From Methylocystaceae bacterium (GTDB taxonomy: Bacteria > Bacillota > Syntrophomonadia > Syntrophomonadales > JBLNAA01): DNA of 55,227 nt. The notes beneath the pieces were generated by a model. That model did not search any database. It saw only the letters and a list, made by a program, of their open reading frames with translations, and had not been told where the DNA came from. The translations under genes and the position numbers were made by a program. This document shows positions 10,500 through 19,366 of this stretch, piece after piece; position 1 is the stretch's first letter, and each line of letters opens with the position of its first letter. The DNA lies in assembly GCA_050259135.1 (NCBI GenBank), contig JBLNAA010000160.1, forward strand, positions 1-55,227, in the 5' to 3' direction.

Positions 10500-11717
10500 T
10501 TATTCTCCGCCGATTAAAAAGCCCTCTACCATTTGCCCGTAGGTTATTGGCCCGCTCCCGGCCGGGACATCGACCAGCACATTACAGCCAATCATCGATT
10601 TTACCACCGAGTTGCCCTGGGTCCCGGTCAGTCTAACCATGTTTACATCAGCTGGCGGCAGCAGCTGACCGCGAAGAAACCTCCTCTGGGGACTGGGTTT
10701 GTCAAAGCGGTCAGCCATAACCGCTTTGATGCGGGGTGGAAGTACGGTACCCCTACCCTGCAATCTACTGATTAAAGGTATGACCAGCAGCTCAAAACCA
10801 ACCAGAGCCGCCGCCGGATTCCCGGAAAGTCCAACCACAACTTTATTATTCGTGCTGGCCGCCAGCGCAGGTGAGCCCGGCTTCATCGCCACCCCGTGAA
10901 ACAGGAGGTCAGCACCCAGCTGCCGCAGTGATGTTTCAACTAAGTCGGATTCACCAACCGATACCCCGCCGGTAATCACCACCAGGTCAGTTCTGGCCAG
11001 GCCTTCGTCTATACGTGCAGCAATAGCTGCTGGATAATCCGGGACGGGGCCCAAATCAATCACCTCAGCACCCAGGTTCCGGCAGCGGGCATTAAGGCCA
11101 TATAAAGTCATGTTATATATTTTGCCAGTTTCCAACCGCTGGGTCGGGTACAGCAGTTCATCTCCGGTGCTGAGAATCCCTATTTTAACCGTACGAAAGA
11201 TTGGTACTTCTCCCCACCCCTGCCCCGCCAAAGCCGCTGCTATACCCGGGGTTATAATGCTTCCTCTGCCAGCCACCAGGTCACCCTTCATGAAATCCTC
11301 ACCGCATACAACTACATTCTCTCCCGCACCCACCGGGCATGATATTTGAATCATCCCGTTTTTGCCGGCTGCATTTTCTAGTTTAATCACCGCATCTGAT
11401 CCCGCTGGCATCTGATCACCAGTCATCACTCGGCAGCAAGCACCTCGGTATACCGCCCTCTTTACCGGATTATTACCTGCCTCCACTGCCTTCAGGATAA
11501 TGGGATAATCAGAATTGGCAGCTTTCGTATCATCTGCAATAATGGCATAACCATCCATGGCTGACCTATTGTTCGGCGGTATGCAGTATCGAGCAGCTAT
11601 ATCCTCACTTAATATGCGCTGAGCAGCATACCACAGCGGTACCATGGTTGGGCTGACCGGACTTACAGCCTCAAGCAGCAGATTCTGTGCTTCCTCCAGT
11701 GAAATATCGGTATGCAA
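10500..11717 (-). CDS. moeA: Molybdopterin molybdenumtransferase MoeA
   Basis: SAMDGYA, VMTG..P.G.DAVI, STGDEL, TGGVSVG, MKPGSP, GLSGNP. Confidence 0.92.
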   Translation of the reverse strand: MHTDISLEEAQNLLLEAVSPVSPTMVPLWYAAQRILSEDIAARYCIPPNNRSAMDGYAIIADDTKAANSDYPIILKAVEAGNNPVKRAVYRGACCRVMTGDQMPAGSDAVIKLENAAGKNGMIQISCPVGAGENVVVCGEDFMKGDLVAGRGSIITPGIAAALAGQGWGEVPIFRTVKIGILSTGDELLYPTQRLETGKIYNMTLYGLNARCRNLGAEVIDLGPVPDYPAAIAARIDEGLARTDLVVITGGVSVGESDLVETSLRQLGADLLFHGVAMKPGSPALAASTNNKVVVGLSGNPAAALVGFELLVIPLISRLQGRGTVLPPRIKAVMADRFDKPSPQRRFLRGQLLPPADVNMVRLTGTQGNSVVKSMIGCNVLVDVPAGSGPITYGQMVEGFLIGGE

Positions 11718-11729
11718 TTTATTATCCTC

Positions 11730-12752
11730 CTAAGCCCCAGTACCGAAACTACAGGCAGGGTAATGACAAACCGGGCAGTTAAGACAAAGCCCGCCCATCC
11801 CCAGCCTGGCAATCATGGCTCGATCGATCATGGTACCAGATAAGATGATGGGCAAAACCAGATCAAAAGCTGTTATCTGGCTGTACATCACACATCCGGG
11901 CAAACCCAGAACTGGCACCTCTCCCAGATAAGCCACCATCAGCATAGCCCCGGGCAGGACCGGAGCTCCGTAGGTGACAACTCGAGCACCCGTCTCCCTC
12001 AAAGCCTGGGGGGTAACATCATCGGGATCAACTGACATTCCTCCCGTGGCCAGCACCATATCTGCCCCCGCAGCTGTCAGGGTTTGAATCGCCTGCTTAA
12101 TTTGATTAATATCATCGGGTACAATTATCTGCTGAATCACCTGGCAGCCATAACTTTCGGCCTTAGCTTTGATTACCGGGCCAAACTGATCCTCAATACG
12201 GCCCCGAAATATTTCATTGCCGACAATCACAACCCCTACCCGCCGGGAAGAAAGAGATTTGACCTGGATAATCCCTGGCGCGCTGCCCAGAGCTTCAACA
12301 GCTTCAACCGTCTGCTCATCAATAACCAGGGGAACTACCCTTATCCCGGCTACCGCATCACCGGCCTTAACTGGCTTTCGGTTGTTTCTGGTCGCCACAA
12401 CCACCTGGTCGATCATATTAACCCTGAGCAGTAAATCTTCATTAACTACACAGAGACCGTCAACAGCAGCCAGCAGGCTGACTTTACCTTCCCGGGGTTC
12501 GGTGGTAACCAATCCGCTACCGGCGACTGCCCCGGCGATTCTGATGGCGGCATCATTTTCATGCACCATTCCCGGTTCCAGCTTCCAAACATAGACGTGC
12601 TCTTTGCCCAGCTTCAACAGCTTGGGAATATCTTCACGGGTTATCACATGACCCTTGGGAAAAGCTGCACCTTTGAATTCACCGGGTACGATTTTAGTTA
12701 TATCATGGCATAGAACAGTTCCTACCGCGTCTTCTACTCTGATGGTCTGCAT
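11730..12752 (-). CDS. Molybdopterin-binding (MoeA/MogA-like) protein with C-terminal Cys cluster
   Basis: AVGTVLCHDIT, GNEIFRGRIED, TGGMSVDPDD, GLPGC, CLNCPVCHYPAC; ATG 12752 follows AAGGAG. Confidence 0.85.
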   Translation of the reverse strand: MQTIRVEDAVGTVLCHDITKIVPGEFKGAAFPKGHVITREDIPKLLKLGKEHVYVWKLEPGMVHENDAAIRIAGAVAGSGLVTTEPREGKVSLLAAVDGLCVVNEDLLLRVNMIDQVVVATRNNRKPVKAGDAVAGIRVVPLVIDEQTVEAVEALGSAPGIIQVKSLSSRRVGVVIVGNEIFRGRIEDQFGPVIKAKAESYGCQVIQQIIVPDDINQIKQAIQTLTAAGADMVLATGGMSVDPDDVTPQALRETGARVVTYGAPVLPGAMLMVAYLGEVPVLGLPGCVMYSQITAFDLVLPIILSGTMIDRAMIARLGMGGLCLNCPVCHYPACSFGTGA

Positions 12753-12906
12753 ATTCGGCTCTCCTTCTCCCGCCAATAATCAGTAATCTAAATGGTTTCA
12801 ACCCAGCATCTAACCTTTAATGCCGAGGCGTACCAAGGGTACATATCCCCTCGCGCCGGGTATATAAGAATCTATAGGTTTGGCCATTTATCTATAACCT
12901 AAAATT

Positions 12907-12964
12907 TGTCCCTATGCGCATCCCACCTAAACCCCCTGGGGTTACCGGGAATCGTATAGGGACA
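12907..12964 (-). terminator. Long imperfect hairpin downstream of the oxidoreductase (terminator/stabiliser)
   Basis: TGTCCCTATGCG...CGTATAGGGACA arms with inner ACCCC/GGGGT stem; weak U-tract on the minus strand. Confidence 0.5.
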
Positions 12965-12985
12965 TTTATTCCAATGTACCGCTAA

Positions 12986-15232
12986 CTAAACCTTCTCCAC
13001 CCGGCAGGGTATCCTTCGATGCAGCGGGGTACACATTTCATCGCGGTCGGTGGTTTTAACCAGTTCATTGACGTTAACGCCATACTTTTTACCATCGTAG
13101 ATGATGCCAAAACCATGCGGAATATAGACGCAGCCGACAGCAGCACGTTCACTCACCTCGGCCTCGATTTCCACACTGGAGGCTTTGGTAATAACCCGGG
13201 CTTTTTCTCCGTCAATGATCCCCAAACGCTCAGCATCGGCAGCATTTATCAGCATAGTGCCCCAGCGATGCTTGTTATTCCATACGGGATTGCGCATAAC
13301 CGAATTGGCGTTAGTGTCCACATGCAGCCCGGAATGCAGAATCATCGGGAAATCCTTGGGCATGGCCAGAGCCTTCAGTTCGTTTTCAACGGTAACCTGC
13401 GCCAGAGGCTCACGCAGCTCCTCAATATGGACAGCAAATTTCTTATCCTCCGTCCGCAGCATATCAATGTTATCCCCCGGCATCCGGGCAATGATCGTCC
13501 CCTGATGATTCTTGGTTATAGCATTAAACATCTGAACTGTCTGAGTCCCGTCATCGGGAAATCCCGCCGCTGCCGCACCCGCCCGGAACTTGGAACTGGA
13601 GGCCTTGCCCAGCAGCATGGTAAACAGGGTGGCGTGGTTAACCGAACCCAGCGCCTTACCCAGGGTTTCGCCCACAATAAGGGGAATATTCTTCATGTTG
13701 GCAGGGGAACTGCTCAGAAAAGCAAACAGAGCCGCACTATAGGTGTCCAGTCCTTTTTCAGCTGCAGCATACAATTCGGGCGGACATTCCGGCACCAGGC
13801 CCATGGCCCGGGCCAGATCAAGGAAAATCGAGCACTTTTCGTGACTTTCATCATCCGGTTCCATTGCCAGGATTGGGGTGCGCAGCTGGAAATAGAGTTC
13901 CGGCCAGTTAAAATTGAAAAAAGTAGCATCATATGACTCATAGTAGCTGCAGGCTGGCAGCACATACTGACAGCAGCGGGCAGTTTCACTGTAAGCGGTA
14001 TCAATACATACCGAAAGGTCAAGCCTTTCCAGGGCTGCTTCATAGGCTTTGGTATCAGGAAAAGACCTGACCGGGTTGGTGGCGCTGATCAAAGCCATGC
14101 GCAGCCGCTCTGGATGGTCACCCAATATCTCTTCAGGAAAGACAGCCGGCGGGTAGTTGCCTAAAACCGGATACATATCAGTAATCACGGTGCGCCAGGT
14201 ACGCTCCTGGCGCTCATCACTGTGCGATCCCATGGGCATCAGTACCGCCGGGAAAACCTGTCCGCCAGGTACGCAGAAATGGCCGCCCAGCAACCTTAAT
14301 ATGTGAATCATATAGGTGTTGATCGTCGAATGGCGGTTCATATATATGCCCAGATCCTGGTGGATTACGGAGCGCGTACTTACCCAGCGTTGGCACAGGG
14401 TATAAACCTCGTCGTAATTTAGCTGACACACCTCTTCGATGCCGCGGCGGGCATCGAAATCCTCGAACCAGGGGCGCACTGCTTCCCAGCCATTTACATG
14501 TTCTATCATCCATTCGGTGTTTTCCCAGCCCTCACTGATAATAATACTGATCATAGCTTTCAGCAGAGTGCTGTCAGTTCCGGGACAGATGGGCAGGTGC
14601 AGGTCAGCCTTATCCGCAGTTTCTGATCGGCGGGGATCAATAACAACCAGCATGCGACTTTCATCCTTGCTGATCTCCTGCAGCTGGATACGGGTGCGTG
14701 GCTCCTGGTGGCTCAGCCAGCCATTCCAACCCCAGGCCAATACCGTTTCCGCTCTTTCCATATCCGGTGTCGAAATTATGGCCTGTCTTCCTACCAGGCG
14801 GCCCTCTACCCAAAAGGTATTGGAAAACTCCTGGGTAATGGCCGAATAAAGGTATTGTGAGCCCAGGGCCCGCATCAGCCGCACCCCGTAAACTGCCTCA
14901 AAATGTCCGCCTAACCCGCCGCCGCCCATGTAGGCGAAGCTGCGGGGCCCGTACTCAGCACGAATGGCCAGTGCTTTTTCTGCGATCTCAGCGATGGCCT
15001 GCTCCCAGGAAATGCGTACATGTTTTCCGTCCACTTTTTTCAGAGGATACTTGAGGCGGTCGGCATTATGCTGATAATGGGCAACACTTAAGCCCTTGCG
15101 GCAGCAATAGCCTTTGCTGCGTGGGTTTTCCTTGTCCCCGCGCACCTTGACAATTTTGTTTTCCTCCACCCACATCTCCAGGCCGCAATTCTGCGCGCAC
15201 AAAACACACCCGCTCTTTTTCCATTCTCCCAT
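12986..15232 (-). CDS. Molybdopterin-dependent oxidoreductase (DMSO reductase/MopB superfamily), substrate unknown
   Basis: N-terminal 4Fe-4S motif CVLCAQNC...C.KG, DRLKYPLK, ISWEQA, VIDPRRSETA, C-terminal dinucleotide-binding domain; no Tat signal. Confidence 0.88.
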   Translation of the reverse strand: MGEWKKSGCVLCAQNCGLEMWVEENKIVKVRGDKENPRSKGYCCRKGLSVAHYQHNADRLKYPLKKVDGKHVRISWEQAIAEIAEKALAIRAEYGPRSFAYMGGGGLGGHFEAVYGVRLMRALGSQYLYSAITQEFSNTFWVEGRLVGRQAIISTPDMERAETVLAWGWNGWLSHQEPRTRIQLQEISKDESRMLVVIDPRRSETADKADLHLPICPGTDSTLLKAMISIIISEGWENTEWMIEHVNGWEAVRPWFEDFDARRGIEEVCQLNYDEVYTLCQRWVSTRSVIHQDLGIYMNRHSTINTYMIHILRLLGGHFCVPGGQVFPAVLMPMGSHSDERQERTWRTVITDMYPVLGNYPPAVFPEEILGDHPERLRMALISATNPVRSFPDTKAYEAALERLDLSVCIDTAYSETARCCQYVLPACSYYESYDATFFNFNWPELYFQLRTPILAMEPDDESHEKCSIFLDLARAMGLVPECPPELYAAAEKGLDTYSAALFAFLSSSPANMKNIPLIVGETLGKALGSVNHATLFTMLLGKASSSKFRAGAAAAGFPDDGTQTVQMFNAITKNHQGTIIARMPGDNIDMLRTEDKKFAVHIEELREPLAQVTVENELKALAMPKDFPMILHSGLHVDTNANSVMRNPVWNNKHRWGTMLINAADAERLGIIDGEKARVITKASSVEIEAEVSERAAVGCVYIPHGFGIIYDGKKYGVNVNELVKTTDRDEMCTPLHRRIPCRVEKV

Positions 15233-15307
15233 CCCCGTCAGCTCCTTTCCTGGGCTTCTGCCATAGACCCGGCCAATACCTAACCCTGATTCATGGTTTT
15301 GTTTAAA

Positions 15308-15736
15308 CTAATCCTTGGCATGTATGCGTTCTAATTCCTCCAGCCTTTTTTCCCAGGCGGCCATGAACTCCTGATCCTGATCTTCTGTCATATGCAGATT
15401 AAACTCCTGGGCGATAACCATGGCTTTATTAGCTATCTGCCTCCCATTACCGGTTAAATAGACCTGAATACTGCGGCGATCACCGGGATCTTCCCTCCGT
15501 TCAACCAGTCCCTCCTTGATCAGGCGGTCAACCAATCCGGTCACTGCCGGACTGTCCAGTTGAACCGCGTTCGCAATCTCTTTAACATTGCTGCCATCGT
15601 GTTCCAGCAGACTGAACAGGACAAAAGACTGGCCCAGAGTGATTCCCAACTCGGCAAAACGATTGTTATAGTAGCGTGCAATACGTCGTGACAACGTTCC
15701 CAGCCGAAAACAGACAAAATTACTGAACTGATTCAT
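15308..15736 (-). CDS. MarR family transcriptional regulator
   Basis: 142 aa; VTGLVDRLIKEGLVERREDPGDRRS...LTGNG. Confidence 0.92.
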   Translation of the reverse strand: MNQFSNFVCFRLGTLSRRIARYYNNRFAELGITLGQSFVLFSLLEHDGSNVKEIANAVQLDSPAVTGLVDRLIKEGLVERREDPGDRRSIQVYLTGNGRQIANKAMVIAQEFNLHMTEDQDQEFMAAWEKRLEELERIHAKD

Positions 15737-15826
15737 TTTAAGAAACCTCGCTTTAGATTATATGTTAATTATTTATATAATAATTTTTTATCTTCGTAAA
15801 TACAAGATGGTCATGCATTAATACTC

Positions 15827-15876
15827 AAAAAAATGATGGCTCATTTTCCCCATCGGAGATGTCAAAGCCATCGTTT
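15827..15876 (-). terminator. Intrinsic terminator closing the leftward eCIS-linked gene run
   Basis: Minus strand AAACGATGGCT...AGCCATCATTTTTTT; hairpin followed by T7. Confidence 0.65.
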
Positions 15877-15909
15877 ATATCTTGTTTTATAAAAATCCAG
15901 TTGCTCCTA

Positions 15910-16302
15910 TTAAGGTATCTGAGTTTGAACCTGCCCGCTGAAAACAATTTGGATTACACCACCATAACTGCAGATCAGTTTAGAGCTATTATTAAGGGCT
16001 GGTTTGTTCGCAATCAAGATGGTTGGACAACCTGGAGCCCACGGTGCCGCTGTCATTGGTGTACATGGCATCGGTGTAAGTACCCCCAGGGCTGCTGCTG
16101 TTGCGGAAGCAACCGCTGGATTAGCCATGGAACTGCACATTCCAAACGGCGGTATATTTAAAAAGGATTTGTTATCCATAATAGTGGCTGCCGGCATAGT
16201 AGCATTTACCCGATCGGCTGGCAATACTACCAATGTGCTGGGGGCTAAACCAAAGCTGCACTGCATGGCCGCTCCATTGCAAACTAAAAAACCCATCCCC
16301 AT
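15910..16302 (-). CDS. DUF4280 PAAR-like spike tip protein
   Basis: VCNGAAMQCSFG, NIPPFGMCSSMANP, PMPCTP...WAPG, LICSYGGVIQI; AAGGAGG SD. Confidence 0.9.
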   Translation of the reverse strand: MGMGFLVCNGAAMQCSFGLAPSTLVVLPADRVNATMPAATIMDNKSFLNIPPFGMCSSMANPAVASATAAALGVLTPMPCTPMTAAPWAPGCPTILIANKPALNNSSKLICSYGGVIQIVFSGQVQTQIP

Positions 16303-16338
16303 GGACCTCCTTTTCCTCGAATTGCCCAGCTTCTTAAG

Positions 16339-19137
16339 CTATACTAATAAGACCCCATTCCATTTCTCAGGGGAACCATCTCTTTCAAACTCTTCACAGC
16401 GATAGAAATAGATACGGGCTATTTCATCGGCACGATTATGTTTGATAACATCGATAAACTTGCTGCGGGCGTCGTAGAAGTACCCATTCTGGAATAACTG
16501 TATACCTTCCTCGAATAATTCCCTGCTTTCTAACTTCAGATCCCGTATTTCTTCACTTTCACCTGCAAATATATCATACAAAAGTAAAGGTTCATCACGT
16601 CCCTCGGCTTGTATTCTGCCGAGACTGCGATATTCATAACGATGAGAATTTTCCATCGCTTTAAGGAAGTCTTCTGTAACTATGATCGAACAGGCCAGCT
16701 TATTGGTCAGTGATTGCAGGAACGCAGCCACATTGACATGATCTGAAATCACCGTCCCGGCCATTCGCTTTTCTTCACCGATAATTCCCAACATCAACGG
16801 TCCCTTGTGAATACCAACGCCGATGTCAATCGGTACATAACCAGCTCGTTTCCGGCCTGCATTATAATCTACCAATCGTTTGCGTAGTTCAATCGCTGCC
16901 TGCAGAGCCTGGTCAGCATGGTCAGGGAAAAGGGCCAGGAAGCCGGAACCAGTATATTTATCAATTAATCCATCATTGGAACTAATGACCGGTCCCATCC
17001 AACTCAGGTAGGACTTAATAAAATTAAAATTATCCTCTGGACTCATAGTACCGGAAAGCTGATAAAACGAATGGATATTAAGGGAAAATATACTCATGTC
17101 CTCTCTTACCTGATCCCCCAGCTGGACATCGATAATACTGCTCTTTCCTAATAAATTAAGAACTTGTTGAGGTACAAAACGGTAGTAGGCTTCACTCAGG
17201 TCAGTAATTTCTTGAATATAACTTCTGATATGATCCGCCATATCATTAACACTTGCTCCCAGGTCAGCTACTTCATCTCCCGTGTCAAGCGTAACCGCAA
17301 TATCCCAGTTACCCTGAGCTATTTCGGCTACACTGTTTCTCAACTGGCGGATTGAAAGCAGCTGGTAATAGGTGATTAACAGGAAAATGGCGATTATGGC
17401 CAGGGTGATCAGACTTATCTTTTTAGCTATATTTTTGAATAATGCCATCCTTTCCTGATTAAATCCGCTGCGATCCACACCCGATTCATAAATACCGATA
17501 ATCTTGCCCTGGGCATCAAAAATGGGGGCCATCGCAAACATCCAACTTCCATTTTCATCGTTGGCTTTATCAGTCACCATCTTTTTCGTATCCAAAACCC
17601 GTTGAAACTCGCCGGCAATCGTAATCGGGCGGTACATATTAACACTGTTATCATAATCAACAATGGCATAAAGCCGGTCATTTTCAAGCTTGTATATAGC
17701 AGTGTAAAGTCCGGCCTCATCCAGTTTGTCGTCACCATAGCTGCCTCGATGGATTTGCGCTTCAATCGTCAGGTTCCGCAGAAAACTATAGTCGGCATTC
17801 ATATAATCCTGCGGGCTGCTTATATTCTGCAGGCGTATCGGATCCAGCCGGTTTAATCCGGTACGCGTAAGCACCACCAGCTGTCGATAAACCTCTTTTT
17901 CCTCGCGATCGGCAAACTGCAGATAGGTAAACCAGGACAGAAATACCATGCCCACTATGATAACCGGAGTAAATACTACAATCTGTTTGACAATTAGAGA
18001 TACCCGGCGCTGCATTATTTCTATATACAAGTAGCGCAGCAGATATATAAATAGCCCTAGAATGGCCCAAGGCAGGCACCAAAAGAATAAGCGCTTCTGC
18101 GTAGATTTGGAAGGCTGGGTGACCGTATTTATCGTATCAGTCAATTGACCACTGGTATCTATCTCATATATTCGATCACGAAGTGCCACTGACAGGCTGC
18201 CATCTGCCCCGATTACCATGTCTTTTATTACCGATAGCACTTCATCCTTCCCCAGGTTAGCCTGAGAAAAAATGGTTTTTCCGGAACTCAGCCCACTGAT
18301 ACTCAGACAGCGAATTTCATTGGCAAAAGTATCGATAAAGTACAGCTTACCCTGTTTAAGCTTTAACTGGGTTGGAAAAGTCCGATCCGGGGTTTGGCTG
18401 GCCCAGCTAAGCCCCATTAAGCCAAAATCAGCAGGCCGTGGGTAAAGCAGCTTTGATTCTCCGTTAGCATTAATATTGAATATTTGTCCGCGTTGGGTGC
18501 AGTAGTAGATTTCTCCTGGCGTTGTCCCAGTAATATCTGCTATATAAGCATCGGAAGCAAGATAAGCAATAATATATTGATGGCGTGAATAATCCTGGAG
18601 GTTAATTGAATATAAATAAATCCGGCTGGGCTGCAGATAGTTAAAGTACAGGGAATCGTTCCTGACTTCCAGGGATTTTATATTGCCTGCCCTTAAAGGA
18701 CGTTGATTACCGCTATATTTTATCTGGTGCAGAACCCTGGACTGATTGCCATCAGCGGAAAAACGAAGAATATTTTCTCCTACTACATATATTCCTTTAC
18801 TATCCAGATCTGTACGGCACACATAAAGATTGCCCTTGCGGTCAGCCGCCAGCTCACTATATAAATACATTTTATTTTTATTACTGCCGGTGGGCTCGAT
18901 CAGGTATCGGCATTCACCCCGATTGTTAACTTTTATAATCTTTCTGCGTGCTTCCACAATCATATAAAGATTACCGTCAGCATCAGATGTAATAGATGAG
19001 AGATTTTGAACTGGCAGTCCTTTATTTAGAGGTGACTGAGACAGTAAGTCTTTATTTGCCAGCAGCAAGCAGAATAACACGACTAAGGTTCCCAGTAAAA
19101 CTAAAGGTAATACCAGTTTCCTATTCATCAATTCCAC
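16339..19137 (-). CDS. Membrane receptor with HAMP and degenerate class III adenylate/guanylate cyclase domain
   Basis: Four hydrophobic segments, beta-rich and Cache-like extracellular regions, HAMP (GDEVADLGASVNDM), YYRFVP linker, IDKY, IGVGIHKG..MLGIIGEE.R, TPR-like tail. Confidence 0.85.
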   Translation of the reverse strand: MELMNRKLVLPLVLLGTLVVLFCLLLANKDLLSQSPLNKGLPVQNLSSITSDADGNLYMIVEARRKIIKVNNRGECRYLIEPTGSNKNKMYLYSELAADRKGNLYVCRTDLDSKGIYVVGENILRFSADGNQSRVLHQIKYSGNQRPLRAGNIKSLEVRNDSLYFNYLQPSRIYLYSINLQDYSRHQYIIAYLASDAYIADITGTTPGEIYYCTQRGQIFNINANGESKLLYPRPADFGLMGLSWASQTPDRTFPTQLKLKQGKLYFIDTFANEIRCLSISGLSSGKTIFSQANLGKDEVLSVIKDMVIGADGSLSVALRDRIYEIDTSGQLTDTINTVTQPSKSTQKRLFFWCLPWAILGLFIYLLRYLYIEIMQRRVSLIVKQIVVFTPVIIVGMVFLSWFTYLQFADREEKEVYRQLVVLTRTGLNRLDPIRLQNISSPQDYMNADYSFLRNLTIEAQIHRGSYGDDKLDEAGLYTAIYKLENDRLYAIVDYDNSVNMYRPITIAGEFQRVLDTKKMVTDKANDENGSWMFAMAPIFDAQGKIIGIYESGVDRSGFNQERMALFKNIAKKISLITLAIIAIFLLITYYQLLSIRQLRNSVAEIAQGNWDIAVTLDTGDEVADLGASVNDMADHIRSYIQEITDLSEAYYRFVPQQVLNLLGKSSIIDVQLGDQVREDMSIFSLNIHSFYQLSGTMSPEDNFNFIKSYLSWMGPVISSNDGLIDKYTGSGFLALFPDHADQALQAAIELRKRLVDYNAGRKRAGYVPIDIGVGIHKGPLMLGIIGEEKRMAGTVISDHVNVAAFLQSLTNKLACSIIVTEDFLKAMENSHRYEYRSLGRIQAEGRDEPLLLYDIFAGESEEIRDLKLESRELFEEGIQLFQNGYFYDARSKFIDVIKHNRADEIARIYFYRCEEFERDGSPEKWNGVLLV

Positions 19138-19366
19138 CTCAATGTTTGGAATTCTCTCTCGTGTATCAAAGATTGGTCTTTTGCCCTGTAAGACTGTATA
19201 TAATACATTTTATCAGATTACCTAAAACATATCCTGTTTTCCCACTATTTATGCCTTTTTACCTGTTTATACGTTTATTATCAATAATTAAGCTGATACA
19301 TCTATTATTTACCACTTACCTTGTATAATAGTTATTATAAGCCGGTAGAAATAAGGAGCTGACCAG

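Noticed and set aside
12802-12869. Purine riboswitch (TATA...GATATG loop resemblance)
   Set aside because: Lacks the GTTTCTAC junction and the CCGTAAA loop, and context is Moco rather than purine genes
13019-13936. 305-aa plus-strand ORF and the other antisense ORFs in the track (e.g. 16004-16405, 33197-33622, 51330-51821)
   Set aside because: Shadows of well-supported genes on the opposite strand, with no motifs
16339-19137. Active adenylate cyclase call
   Set aside because: Both metal-binding Asp residues and the catalytic Arg are substituted
18996-19328. 110-aa hydrophobic ORF
   Set aside because: Overlaps the receptor gene start antisense and runs through the AT-rich divergent promoter; no SD seen
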